Source: an uncultured Bacilli bacterium (GTDB lineage: Bacteria; Bacillota_I; Bacilli_A; RF39; UBA660). Taken from it: a DNA stretch of 44,305 nt. The position numbers were made by a program, and so were the translations under genes. Below are positions 31,694 through 40,842 of this stretch, piece by piece. The notes beneath the pieces are model-generated. The model did not search any database. It was not told the DNA's origin and saw only the letters and a list, made by a program, of their open reading frames with translations. Each line of letters begins with the position of its first letter. The first letter of the stretch is position 1. The DNA lies in the NCBI GenBank assembly GCA_947589275.1, contig CANQAQ010000003.1, positions 1-44,305 of the forward strand, written 5' to 3'.

Positions 31694-32503
31694 ATGGAAA
31701 CAATATTATATAGTATATTTATATTCATAATAGGAACTTGTTTTGGTTCCTTCTTTAATGTAGTAGGATATCGTTTGCCTAATAATATGTCTATAGCATA
31801 TCCTTCATCACATTGTCCTAATTGTAAACATAAACTTGGAGTTCTTGAACTTATACCAGTTTTATCTTATATATTTCAATTTGGTAAATGTAAACACTGT
31901 AAGGAAAAAATATCAATATTTTACCCCATATTTGAATTATTAACAGGTATATTATTTGTTATATGTTATCTTGTATTTAAAGATACATATCCAGAAATTT
32001 ATAATGTAATATTTGCAATTGTATTTATATCATCTTTAATAATAATTATTATCAGTGATATAAAATATATGATTATACCAGATGAAGTATTAATATTTTT
32101 TAGTATAATACTTCTTCTAATAAAAATGGTTATAATACATAAATTAAATGTAAATTATACATGGATAGATGTAGGTTATGAACTTTTATTTAGTTTATTT
32201 GATGGAATTATAATGTTTATTATTATGTATGGAATTAGATTTTTTGGTAATTTAATATTTAAAAAAGATTCAATGGGTGGTGGAGATATAAAAATGATGG
32301 CATTTATATCACTATTTATTGGATGGGAATTAGGAGTTGTAGTAATATTTTTAGCATCATTTTTAGCTCTTCCATTATCAATAATAAATATGTATAAAAA
32401 TAAAGAACATATATTAGCATTTGGTCCTTATTTAGCGATAGCAACAATGATTTTATTCTTGTGTAAAATAGATATTAATATGGTAATTGAATTTATATCA
32501 TAA
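31694..32503 (+). CDS. pilD: Prepilin peptidase/N-methyltransferase (A24)
   Basis: GSFFNVVGYRLP, SHCPNC..GKCKHC, D..YMIIPD, MGGGDIK, AFGPYL. Confidence 0.93.
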   Translation: METILYSIFIFIIGTCFGSFFNVVGYRLPNNMSIAYPSSHCPNCKHKLGVLELIPVLSYIFQFGKCKHCKEKISIFYPIFELLTGILFVICYLVFKDTYPEIYNVIFAIVFISSLIIIIISDIKYMIIPDEVLIFFSIILLLIKMVIIHKLNVNYTWIDVGYELLFSLFDGIIMFIIMYGIRFFGNLIFKKDSMGGGDIKMMAFISLFIGWELGVVVIFLASFLALPLSIINMYKNKEHILAFGPYLAIATMILFLCKIDINMVIEFIS

Positions 32504-32535
32504 AAAAACTTCATTTTGTAATATGAAGTTTTTTT
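32502..32535. terminator. Bidirectional terminator between pilD and def
   Basis: aaaaaaacttcat-N8-atgaagttttttt. Confidence 0.8.
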
Positions 32536-32567
32536 GCTATAAATGAGGTTAATATCAAAATAATATT

Positions 32568-33116
32568 TTATATTGCCCTCATATTGTTTTGATTTTTAAA
32601 TGGATTTTTTTTATCTATATGGTCAAAAAATAATATACCATTTAGATGGTCATATTCATGTTGGAATGCTACAGATAATTCATCTCTAAGTCTTATCTCA
32701 TGTTTATTACCATCCATATCATAATATTCTACATTAACTCTAGCATATCTTGGTACTATTCCGTTAACTTCTCTATTAACACTTAAACATCCTTCTCCAC
32801 CTTCAACATATACTAATTCTTCTGAATTACTAATTATTTTAGGATTTATAAATATATAATTTTCAAATTTTCCTTCTTCATATTCATATACGATTACAAA
32901 GAATCTTTTATTAATACCAAGTTGTATAGCTGCAAGCCCCATACCAGGTCTTAAATTATATTTTTTAGCTTCTTCTTCAATTTGACTAAGTGTAAGCATT
33001 TCAATAGAATCTAAAATAACCTTTTTATACTTTTCATCCATAGGAAATGTTATATCAATGCTCTTTTTTCTTAATCTTTTATCTTTCTCATCTAGTATAT
33101 TTTTACTTAAAATCAT
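32568..33116 (-). CDS. def: Peptide deformylase (Gram-positive type II)
   Basis: GMGLAAIQ, EGCLS, QHEYDHLNG; SD AGGTGG favours ATG 33116. Confidence 0.96.
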   Translation of the reverse strand: MILSKNILDEKDKRLRKKSIDITFPMDEKYKKVILDSIEMLTLSQIEEEAKKYNLRPGMGLAAIQLGINKRFFVIVYEYEEGKFENYIFINPKIISNSEELVYVEGGEGCLSVNREVNGIVPRYARVNVEYYDMDGNKHEIRLRDELSVAFQHEYDHLNGILFFDHIDKKNPFKNQNNMRAI

Positions 33117-33157
33117 AACAACCACCTAATTCATGTGATTATTTTACCATATTTAAA

Positions 33158-33184
33158 AAAAAAAGTCCATTTTGGACTTTTTTT
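33158..33184. terminator. Terminator of the YjcZ-family gene
   Basis: aaaaaaagtcca-ttt-tggacttttttt. Confidence 0.7.
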
Positions 33185-33383
33185 AAAAATTACTATTTCC
33201 ACGGTTAAAGAATCCAGCACCAATAACAATTACAAGTAATATAAATAATACTAATATTATAGCAGCACCATAACCAGATCCATATCCATAACCTTGTGAA
33301 ACAGGATATGCATATCCACCTTGGCCACCACCACAGCATGGATTGTTATAACCATATCCACCACTATATCCGTAATAATACAT
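33183..33383 (-). CDS. YjcZ family small sporulation protein
   Basis: Gly/Tyr-rich N-terminus then GAAIILVLFILLVIVIGA; SD AGGAGG. Confidence 0.85.
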   Translation of the reverse strand: MYYYGYSGGYGYNNPCCGGGQGGYAYPVSQGYGYGSGYGAAIILVLFILLVIVIGAGFFNRGNSNF

Positions 33384-33511
33384 ACTAAAACCTCCTTTTT
33401 ATTTTTCTATTATATTGTATTAATTATGTAAATAAAATGTTATTTAATTAACCTAAATATAGGTAATTTTGTTTATTTATGATATTATTATTAGTAAAGG
33501 AGAATATGAAT

Positions 33512-34654
33512 ATGGTTAGAATGTTAAATAAAATGGATAAAACATTATTAATACTTACTGTATTTATGTTTGCTTTTGGATTATTTATGATATTAGATGC
33601 ATCTAGTATGAGATCCTTTTTGGATTATGGGGTAAATACTAAATATTTTACTAAACAATTAATAGTACTAATTGGAAGTTTTATATTATCAATAATAATT
33701 ATGAAAATACCACTAAAAAGATATAATAAATTAATATATATGATGGCTTTAATAATTATATTTATGTTAGTAGTATTACTAGTATCTGGAGTTGCGACTA
33801 ACAATTCAAAAAGCTGGTTTTATATTGGATCATTTGGAATTCAACCAAGTGAATTTGCTAAGATTATTATAATATTATTTACTGCAATTTATTATAATAT
33901 TAATATAAAAAAATTAAATAATTTAATTATTTCATCTGTACCTCTTATTTTAGGTGCAATATGTACAGGATTAACTCTTCTTCAACCAGATGGAGGAACA
34001 GGACTTATATTATTTTTTATTTCTACAATTTTATTTTATATATCTCCAGTAACAAAAAAAATAAAATCAAGAATTACAGTTATAGGACTTGGCTTTGCCG
34101 TTATTATTTTACTTGCTATTGTTATAACAGGTAAAAGTCCATTATCTGATATGCAAAAAAATAGATTTAATTATTTTAATCCATGTACTAGATATCAAGA
34201 AGATTCAGGATATCAGGTTTGTAATGGTTATATAGCTATTAATAATGGGAAATTATTTAGTATTGAACCTGGTAATAGTAAACAAAAGTATTTATATTTA
34301 CCAGAAGCACATACTGATTTTATATTTCCAATAATAGTAGAAGAAATGGGACTTATAACTGGTATATTAGTTATTATAATCTATATGATAATAATTTATA
34401 GAATTTTATTAATAGGTCAAAGATCATATAATTTAACTAACTCATTAATATGTTATGGAGTAGCGTTATATATATTTTTACATGTAGTTATAAATTTAAC
34501 AGGAGTTCTTGGAATACTTCCACTTACAGGAGTACCACTTCCATTTTTAAGTTATGGTGGTTCGTTTGCAATAACAGTTACAATTTCACTTTCATTAGTA
34601 CAAAGAGTATGTATAGAAAATTATAATTTTGAAAAGAAAAAAGTTCTAAATTAA
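33512..34654 (+). CDS. FtsW/RodA/SpoVE family SEDS protein
   Basis: IQPSEFAK, LQPD.GT, YLPEAHTDFIF, PLTGVPLPFLSYGGS; SD AAGGAG spacing favours ATG 33512. Confidence 0.92.
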   Translation: MVRMLNKMDKTLLILTVFMFAFGLFMILDASSMRSFLDYGVNTKYFTKQLIVLIGSFILSIIIMKIPLKRYNKLIYMMALIIIFMLVVLLVSGVATNNSKSWFYIGSFGIQPSEFAKIIIILFTAIYYNINIKKLNNLIISSVPLILGAICTGLTLLQPDGGTGLILFFISTILFYISPVTKKIKSRITVIGLGFAVIILLAIVITGKSPLSDMQKNRFNYFNPCTRYQEDSGYQVCNGYIAINNGKLFSIEPGNSKQKYLYLPEAHTDFIFPIIVEEMGLITGILVIIIYMIIIYRILLIGQRSYNLTNSLICYGVALYIFLHVVINLTGVLGILPLTGVPLPFLSYGGSFAITVTISLSLVQRVCIENYNFEKKKVLN

Positions 34655-34744
34655 TAAAAAGCAACTAAATTTATACAAAAAGATACCAATAGTTGGTGTT
34701 GCTACTAATATTATTTATATTATAATTTTGGTAGAGGTGATATT

Positions 34745-36115
34745 ATGAAGTTTTGTGATAAATTAGCAAAACAAAGAAAAAATAATAATTTAAGTCAAGA
34801 ACAACTTGCAGATAAGTTAGGTGTATCAAGACAAGCTGTTTCAAAATGGGAACAAGGTACGTCTTATCCTGATATGGATAAGATAATAAGTATGTGTAAA
34901 ATACTTAATTGTAATTTAGATGATTTAATTGAAGATGGAATTATAGAAGGAAAGAGTAGTGCAAATAAAATAAATTTTAATAATTATTTTAATGACTTTT
35001 TAAATTTTATAACTAAATCATATAATATGTTTTGGAGTATGAAATTTAAAGAAAAAATAAAATGTTTATTTGAATTATTTATTACATTTTTAATTTTAAT
35101 AATAAGTGGTTTAGTAATATATTTTATAGTTGATGATTTATTTTTTGATAATTTTATGGATGTTTTGGGAATAAATTTTATTATTCAAAAACTAATTAGT
35201 CCTGTATTTATATTATCTTTAATTGTAATAGGAATAATGATATTTTTACACTTATTTAAAATTAGATATTTAGATTATTTCATTACTGTTTATGATAGTG
35301 ATGTAAAAGAAAAAATAAAAGAAAAAGCGTTAGAAGAAGAAAAAGTAGTAAATAATAAAAAATACATAATAGAAAAACCTAAAGAAAAAATAGTAATTAG
35401 AGATCCAAAACATTCTACATTTAATTTTTTTAATGTATTAGGTAAAATAATATTATATATATTAAAATTCTTTATTTTTATCCTTATGATATTAGCTATA
35501 TTTTTTACAATAGCTTTAATAGCAATAGGTGCTATATGGATAACATTTATTAAATATGGAGACATTTTTATATATCTACTTATAACTATTATAGGTTTAG
35601 TATGTATTAGTTTTATAATAATTAATTTCTTATATAATTTTATATTTAATAGAGCAACAAAACTTAAATTAAATTTTATACTATTTATAATATCTTTAAT
35701 ATTTATTGGTGTAGGTTTAGGAATTAGTACAATAAAATTTATGAATTATGATTATGTTACTTTAGATAAATCTAAACTTGAAATTCATGAAAAAATAATA
35801 CCTATGAAAGATAATATTGTATTACCACATAATAATATAAATTATATTATTGATAATAACCAAAATGATATAAAACTTAAAATATATTTACCTAAAAATA
35901 CAAGTTATACAATATATTATAATAAAGATCAGTATGAAATTTATCATATATACATGGATAATTTATCAATATTTGATATGTATAATATTACATTAAATGA
36001 ATTAAAAGAAAATAAAATAATTGACTATGATAAATCATTTATAATAGATGTATATATATCAGAAAAAAATTATGAAATAATTAAAGAAAATATAGATAAT
36101 TATTATGGATATTAA
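34745..36115 (+). CDS. XRE-family HTH regulator fused to a multi-TM membrane domain
   Basis: LSQEQLADKLGVSRQAVSKWEQG..YPD followed by several TM segments. Confidence 0.85.
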   Translation: MKFCDKLAKQRKNNNLSQEQLADKLGVSRQAVSKWEQGTSYPDMDKIISMCKILNCNLDDLIEDGIIEGKSSANKINFNNYFNDFLNFITKSYNMFWSMKFKEKIKCLFELFITFLILIISGLVIYFIVDDLFFDNFMDVLGINFIIQKLISPVFILSLIVIGIMIFLHLFKIRYLDYFITVYDSDVKEKIKEKALEEEKVVNNKKYIIEKPKEKIVIRDPKHSTFNFFNVLGKIILYILKFFIFILMILAIFFTIALIAIGAIWITFIKYGDIFIYLLITIIGLVCISFIIINFLYNFIFNRATKLKLNFILFIISLIFIGVGLGISTIKFMNYDYVTLDKSKLEIHEKIIPMKDNIVLPHNNINYIIDNNQNDIKLKIYLPKNTSYTIYYNKDQYEIYHIYMDNLSIFDMYNITLNELKENKIIDYDKSFIIDVYISEKNYEIIKENIDNYYGY

Positions 36116-36141
36116 AGTTATGTTTTTACATAACTTTTTTT
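36114..36141 (+). terminator. Terminator after the XRE gene
   Basis: aaagttatgt-tttt-acataacttt followed by a T run. Confidence 0.7.
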
Positions 36142-36244
36142 ATAAATTGACAATATAAATAAAAATTACTTATAAAGTAATTTTTTTATTTTAATTTTAA
36201 TTATTTAATGATATAATTAACATATAGTAAAGGTAGGATAAAAA

Positions 36245-38893
36245 ATGAAAAATAAAAAAGGATTTACATTAATAGAATTACTAGCAGTAATAGTAATATT
36301 ATCAATAATAATGATAATAGCAGTACCAAAAATAATAAATATAATAGAAGAAGCAGATAGAAGAGCATATGAAAATAGTGTAAACTTAATGGTAGAAGCA
36401 GCAAGATTAAAATATCAAACAGGAACTATGAAAGGAGAAGATATAAAATTACCATTAACATATATATATGAAGGAAATAAACAAACAAATATAGAAGAAG
36501 TAGGAGAATTAGTATTTAAAGGAGATAAAGCAAATTCAGGAACAATAACAGTAAATCAAGAAGGAAAAATAGTAGTAGAAAACTTAGTAAGTAAAAATAA
36601 AAAATGGTGTGCAGTAAAACAAGCAAATAATGCAGAAGCAAAAGTAGGAAGAGCAAGCGTTTTAGGGTGTTCTATAGATGATAATGATGATAATAATGGT
36701 GATGATGAAGAAGAGATAATAAAAGACAAAGAAGCATGTAGTTTAGAACAAGATAGTAAAAATGAAAATATATATTATGTAGATTCAGTAAGTGATTTAT
36801 ATGAATTATCAAAAGAAGTAAATGAAGGAAATAACTATAGTGGTAAGATAATAAAACTAAGAAATAATATAGATATGAAAGATACAAGTAATAAATGTGG
36901 ACTAGAAAGTTTTGAACCAATAGGAAATAATAGTAAACCATTTAGTGGTACATTTGAAGGATTAGGAAATTCAATAAAGAATTTAGTAATAAATAAGCAA
37001 GGACAAGATGATATTGGATTATTTGGAAATAACTCTGGAACAATAAAAGGATTAAGTTTAGAAAATATAGATATAAAAGGTAAAAGTAGTATTGGTGGAT
37101 TAGTAGGACGAAATAATAATGGAAAAATAAGTGACATTATAATAAATGGAAAAGTAGAAGGAACTGGTGAAAATATTGGTGGACTAGTAGGAGTTCATAG
37201 TGGTACTATAGCAAATATAATAATGAATGTAGATGTAAATAAAGATGTAACGGGAGCAACTAGAGTAAGTGCAGTATTGGGTAATTTAGGAATTGGAACA
37301 CGATCAGTTAATAACGTAATTATAGAAGGTGGAGAAATAAATGGAAGATTAGAATATTATAGTAGTTATTCAGAAAATGTTTTGCATAATGATTCTAAAG
37401 AAAAATATCCTTCTAATCTATATTCAAAAGAAGCAATAGGTGATATAAATACATACGAAACTTATATAGATACATATATAGGTGGGGATGATGATGACTC
37501 AGGATATTACTTTGATTATGATAGCAAGGGAAAATTAGTAATAAAAAGTATAGAAAAAAATCCAATAGAATTTAATTTAAAAGGAAAAGGAACACAAGAT
37601 GATCCATATTTAATAGAAAATTATGAAGACTGGAAAGAAGCAACAACAAAGGTAGACCAAGTAAATATAGTATTTAAGTTAACAAAAGATATAGATTTTA
37701 CAGGTAAGAAATTTTATATGTTAGGAAGTTATCAGAATCAGTTTAATGGACATTTAATTGGAGATGGATATAGTCTTAAGAATGTTAATTTAAATGGTGG
37801 AGATTATCAAGGAATTATTGGATATGTTGGAACTGAAGGTATAGTTGAAGGTATAAATGTAAAATCTTTAAATACAAATAATACTTTTAATTATGTAGGA
37901 GTAATAGGATACAATAAAGGGATTGTTAAAGGTATAAATATATATAATGTATATGTAATAGGTAGAAGTTATATAGGTGGATTGGTTGGCTATAATGAAG
38001 GAAAAATATTAGAAATTACTATAGAAGGAAATATATATGGAGTTGTAAATGAAGAACAATTTATAGGTGGAGCAGTTGGACTAAATAATGGAACAATAAG
38101 AGGAATATTAGCTAATGTAAATGTTACAAGTTCTTATAATACTACATTTGCACGTTCTTCAGGAGGTTTATTTGGTCAAAATGGTAGAGGTACAATATAT
38201 AATTCAGTTATTGAAACTGGTAATGTATTGGCAGAGAATATAGTTATGGGTAGAGGAGCTTCTTCATATGATGTATATTATTGTGAGGGTGTAACAACTA
38301 CAGGTAGTATATTTACTAAATCAATACCTAGTATATATATAAATGATTTAACATATTATGATAGTATGTTAAATGATAAAAATGAGCCATTATTTGAAAG
38401 TAAATATACAGGAGATATGAATGATTCTGGATATTTCTTTGATTATAATAGTGATGGAAAAATATATGTAGTAAAAGCTTATAATATGAATTATGGTGAT
38501 AATAGTATAGATGAAAATTATACAATGACACATATAGAACAAGGAGCATCAGATCAAACACCACCAGTATGTACATTAGATTATGTAGTAGCAGTAAAAA
38601 ATGGAATAAGAGCATCATTTAGCTGCGTAGATGAAAGTGGAGCGCCAACAATAAGGTCACTATTTGATTCAACTACAAGTTTATCAGCAAGTACATATGA
38701 AGATATAGGAACAAATAAAAATGGAGTAGTAAATGGAAATACTAGAAGTATAGTAAGTACATGGACAATAAATGATCCAGTATCAGTGCCAGAAAGAGGA
38801 AAGTGTTATTATTTTAGATATGGAGGTCAAGATACAGCAGGTAATTTTAGTACATATGTAACAAAAAGATGTTATACAGGTTTTAGTAATTAG
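36245..38893 (+). CDS. Large type IV prepilin-fused protein with duplicated GLUG-type beta-helical modules and a C-terminal Ig-like module
   Basis: KKG|FTLIELLAVIVILSII class III signal with E+5; repeated IGGLVG motifs; two modules ending DSGY(Y/F)FDY; DQTPPVC...DTAGN. Confidence 0.85.
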   Translation: MKNKKGFTLIELLAVIVILSIIMIIAVPKIINIIEEADRRAYENSVNLMVEAARLKYQTGTMKGEDIKLPLTYIYEGNKQTNIEEVGELVFKGDKANSGTITVNQEGKIVVENLVSKNKKWCAVKQANNAEAKVGRASVLGCSIDDNDDNNGDDEEEIIKDKEACSLEQDSKNENIYYVDSVSDLYELSKEVNEGNNYSGKIIKLRNNIDMKDTSNKCGLESFEPIGNNSKPFSGTFEGLGNSIKNLVINKQGQDDIGLFGNNSGTIKGLSLENIDIKGKSSIGGLVGRNNNGKISDIIINGKVEGTGENIGGLVGVHSGTIANIIMNVDVNKDVTGATRVSAVLGNLGIGTRSVNNVIIEGGEINGRLEYYSSYSENVLHNDSKEKYPSNLYSKEAIGDINTYETYIDTYIGGDDDDSGYYFDYDSKGKLVIKSIEKNPIEFNLKGKGTQDDPYLIENYEDWKEATTKVDQVNIVFKLTKDIDFTGKKFYMLGSYQNQFNGHLIGDGYSLKNVNLNGGDYQGIIGYVGTEGIVEGINVKSLNTNNTFNYVGVIGYNKGIVKGINIYNVYVIGRSYIGGLVGYNEGKILEITIEGNIYGVVNEEQFIGGAVGLNNGTIRGILANVNVTSSYNTTFARSSGGLFGQNGRGTIYNSVIETGNVLAENIVMGRGASSYDVYYCEGVTTTGSIFTKSIPSIYINDLTYYDSMLNDKNEPLFESKYTGDMNDSGYFFDYNSDGKIYVVKAYNMNYGDNSIDENYTMTHIEQGASDQTPPVCTLDYVVAVKNGIRASFSCVDESGAPTIRSLFDSTTSLSASTYEDIGTNKNGVVNGNTRSIVSTWTINDPVSVPERGKCYYFRYGGQDTAGNFSTYVTKRCYTGFSN

Positions 38894-38905
38894 GAGGTAA
38901 TTATA

Positions 38906-39379
38906 ATGAAAAAAATATTATTGATAATATTGATTGGAATTATAATATTTACAGGTTGCGGAAAAGAAGATGGTGAAAAGATAAAATATAAAAAAACAAA
39001 TATGGAACTAGTAGATAAAGTATCAAATATTGTTATAAATGATAAAAAGATATTTGATGAAGTAAACATATTAAATGATAATACATTAGAAACAAAATTA
39101 GGAATAAATAGAGACTTTGTAATAGAACATGCTATTGCATTAGATATTTATTCATATAATCCAAATATTTATATTATAATAAAACCAAAAGAAGAAAATA
39201 AAAAAACAGTAAAAAAGGCAATAAGTTTATATTTAGATAGTGCAAAACAAGGAGTAATAGATGAATATAAAGAAATATATGAAAATGCATTAATTGAAGA
39301 ATATAATGGATATTATATTTGTATAGTTTCAGATAATAATGCTGAAGTATTTAATAAAATAAAAGGATATTTAGACTAG
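38906..39379 (+). CDS. Lipoprotein, DUF4358-like
   Basis: Lipobox IFTG|C; ENALIEEYNGYYICIVSD C-terminus; SD overlaps the upstream stop. Confidence 0.65.
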   Translation: MKKILLIILIGIIIFTGCGKEDGEKIKYKKTNMELVDKVSNIVINDKKIFDEVNILNDNTLETKLGINRDFVIEHAIALDIYSYNPNIYIIIKPKEENKKTVKKAISLYLDSAKQGVIDEYKEIYENALIEEYNGYYICIVSDNNAEVFNKIKGYLD

Positions 39380-39433
39380 TAAATATCTTTTTTTTATTAA
39401 TTATGATATAATTAGTATAAGGATAGTGGTACT

Positions 39434-40798
39434 GTGAAAAAGAAAAAAAGAAAAGGAAGATTAAGGTATGATAGAATATTTATGGCCCTATTTATAATAT
39501 TTGCTATAGTATTTTCTATAAAATTTGCCATCTATTTATCATATAATAATAAAATATATAAGACTGTAACAAATTCAAATAATTTATCTATAACTATAAA
39601 TAAAAAATATAATAAATTAAAATTATATAATAAGACTATAAAATATATAAAAGAAAATAAAAATAGTGTAATTATTTCATCAAAAAAATATAGTGTTACT
39701 ATACCTTCAAAAAACATAACAAAAAATGCTAATTTAGATGTTAGTATGTATAGTAAAAGATTAGAGTATGATAATTTTTCAAAATCTAAAGCTTATTTTA
39801 TAGATAATAAAGGAATAATAAGTAAATCAAATAAAATAAAGATATTATTACCTAGATATTTATTAAAAAATGATATTGTAGATATTTATGGTGTTACTAA
39901 AGATAATAAAATAGAAGAAATAAATCTTAAAGTTAAAATAAAAGATAAAAAAGTATCATTTGATTTAAATGAAAAATATTCAAAATACTTTATAACTTAT
40001 GTAAAACTAAAAGATATAAAAGTTAAAGATATTACTTTAAATAAAGGAAGTAAAATAAACTTAGATATTAAATATGTACCTATTAGAGCAACTGTTAAAA
40101 GTTTTGAATATATTAAAATAGGTGATATATTTATGTTAAATGATAATAATGAATTAATTGCAGAGAAATCTGGAACTGATAAAGTTACAATTAAAATTAA
40201 TGACTCAAATATTAAAAAAGATATTACTATAAATGTTAAAGAAGAAGAAAAAAAGAAACCTATTATTAAAGTTATTGATGGACTTACATATGTTAATGAT
40301 ATACTTATAGTAAATAAAACATATGAATTACCTAGTGATTATGATCCAGGTCAATTATCTGATGAAGCTATTTCCGCTTTTAATACTATGAAGGAAGCAG
40401 CTAAAAAAGATAATATATCACTATGGATAGCATCTGGTTATAGATCATATACTACACAAGATGAATTATATAATTATTATTTAAAACATGATACTAAAGA
40501 TAAGGTAGATACATATTCTGCAAGACCTGGACATTCTGAACATCAAACTGGTTTAGCAATGGATTTAAATATTGTAGATTCATCATTTGAAGGTACTAAA
40601 GAAGCTATATGGATAGAAGAAAACTGTTATAAATATGGTTTTATAATTAGGTATCCTAAGGGTAAAGAAAATATAACAGGATATAAATATGAACCATGGC
40701 ACGTAAGATATTTAGGTAAAGATTTAGCAAAAAAAGTATATGATAGTAATCTTACATTAGAAGAATATTTAGATATTGATTCAAAATATAGCGAATAA
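39434..40798 (+). CDS. M15B (VanY/LdcB-like) carboxypeptidase with membrane anchor and Ig-like stalk
   Basis: SGYRSY..Q, SARPGHSEHQTGLAMD, YEPWHVRY. Confidence 0.9.
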   Translation: MKKKKRKGRLRYDRIFMALFIIFAIVFSIKFAIYLSYNNKIYKTVTNSNNLSITINKKYNKLKLYNKTIKYIKENKNSVIISSKKYSVTIPSKNITKNANLDVSMYSKRLEYDNFSKSKAYFIDNKGIISKSNKIKILLPRYLLKNDIVDIYGVTKDNKIEEINLKVKIKDKKVSFDLNEKYSKYFITYVKLKDIKVKDITLNKGSKINLDIKYVPIRATVKSFEYIKIGDIFMLNDNNELIAEKSGTDKVTIKINDSNIKKDITINVKEEEKKKPIIKVIDGLTYVNDILIVNKTYELPSDYDPGQLSDEAISAFNTMKEAAKKDNISLWIASGYRSYTTQDELYNYYLKHDTKDKVDTYSARPGHSEHQTGLAMDLNIVDSSFEGTKEAIWIEENCYKYGFIIRYPKGKENITGYKYEPWHVRYLGKDLAKKVYDSNLTLEEYLDIDSKYSE

Positions 40799-40842
40799 CC
40801 TCAAAATATGATATAATAACTCTCCAAAAGGAGGGTTTTATT

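Noticed and set aside
2426-35565. Other short ORFs nested in core genes (2426, 10271, 10837, 11516, 12858, 14561, 15232, 24695, 25022, 35290)
   Set aside because: They overlap well-supported genes, are low complexity and lack translation signals
39434-40798. Vancomycin resistance gene vanY
   Set aside because: M15B family membership only; no vanHAX/vanRS context, so likely a housekeeping cell-wall carboxypeptidase
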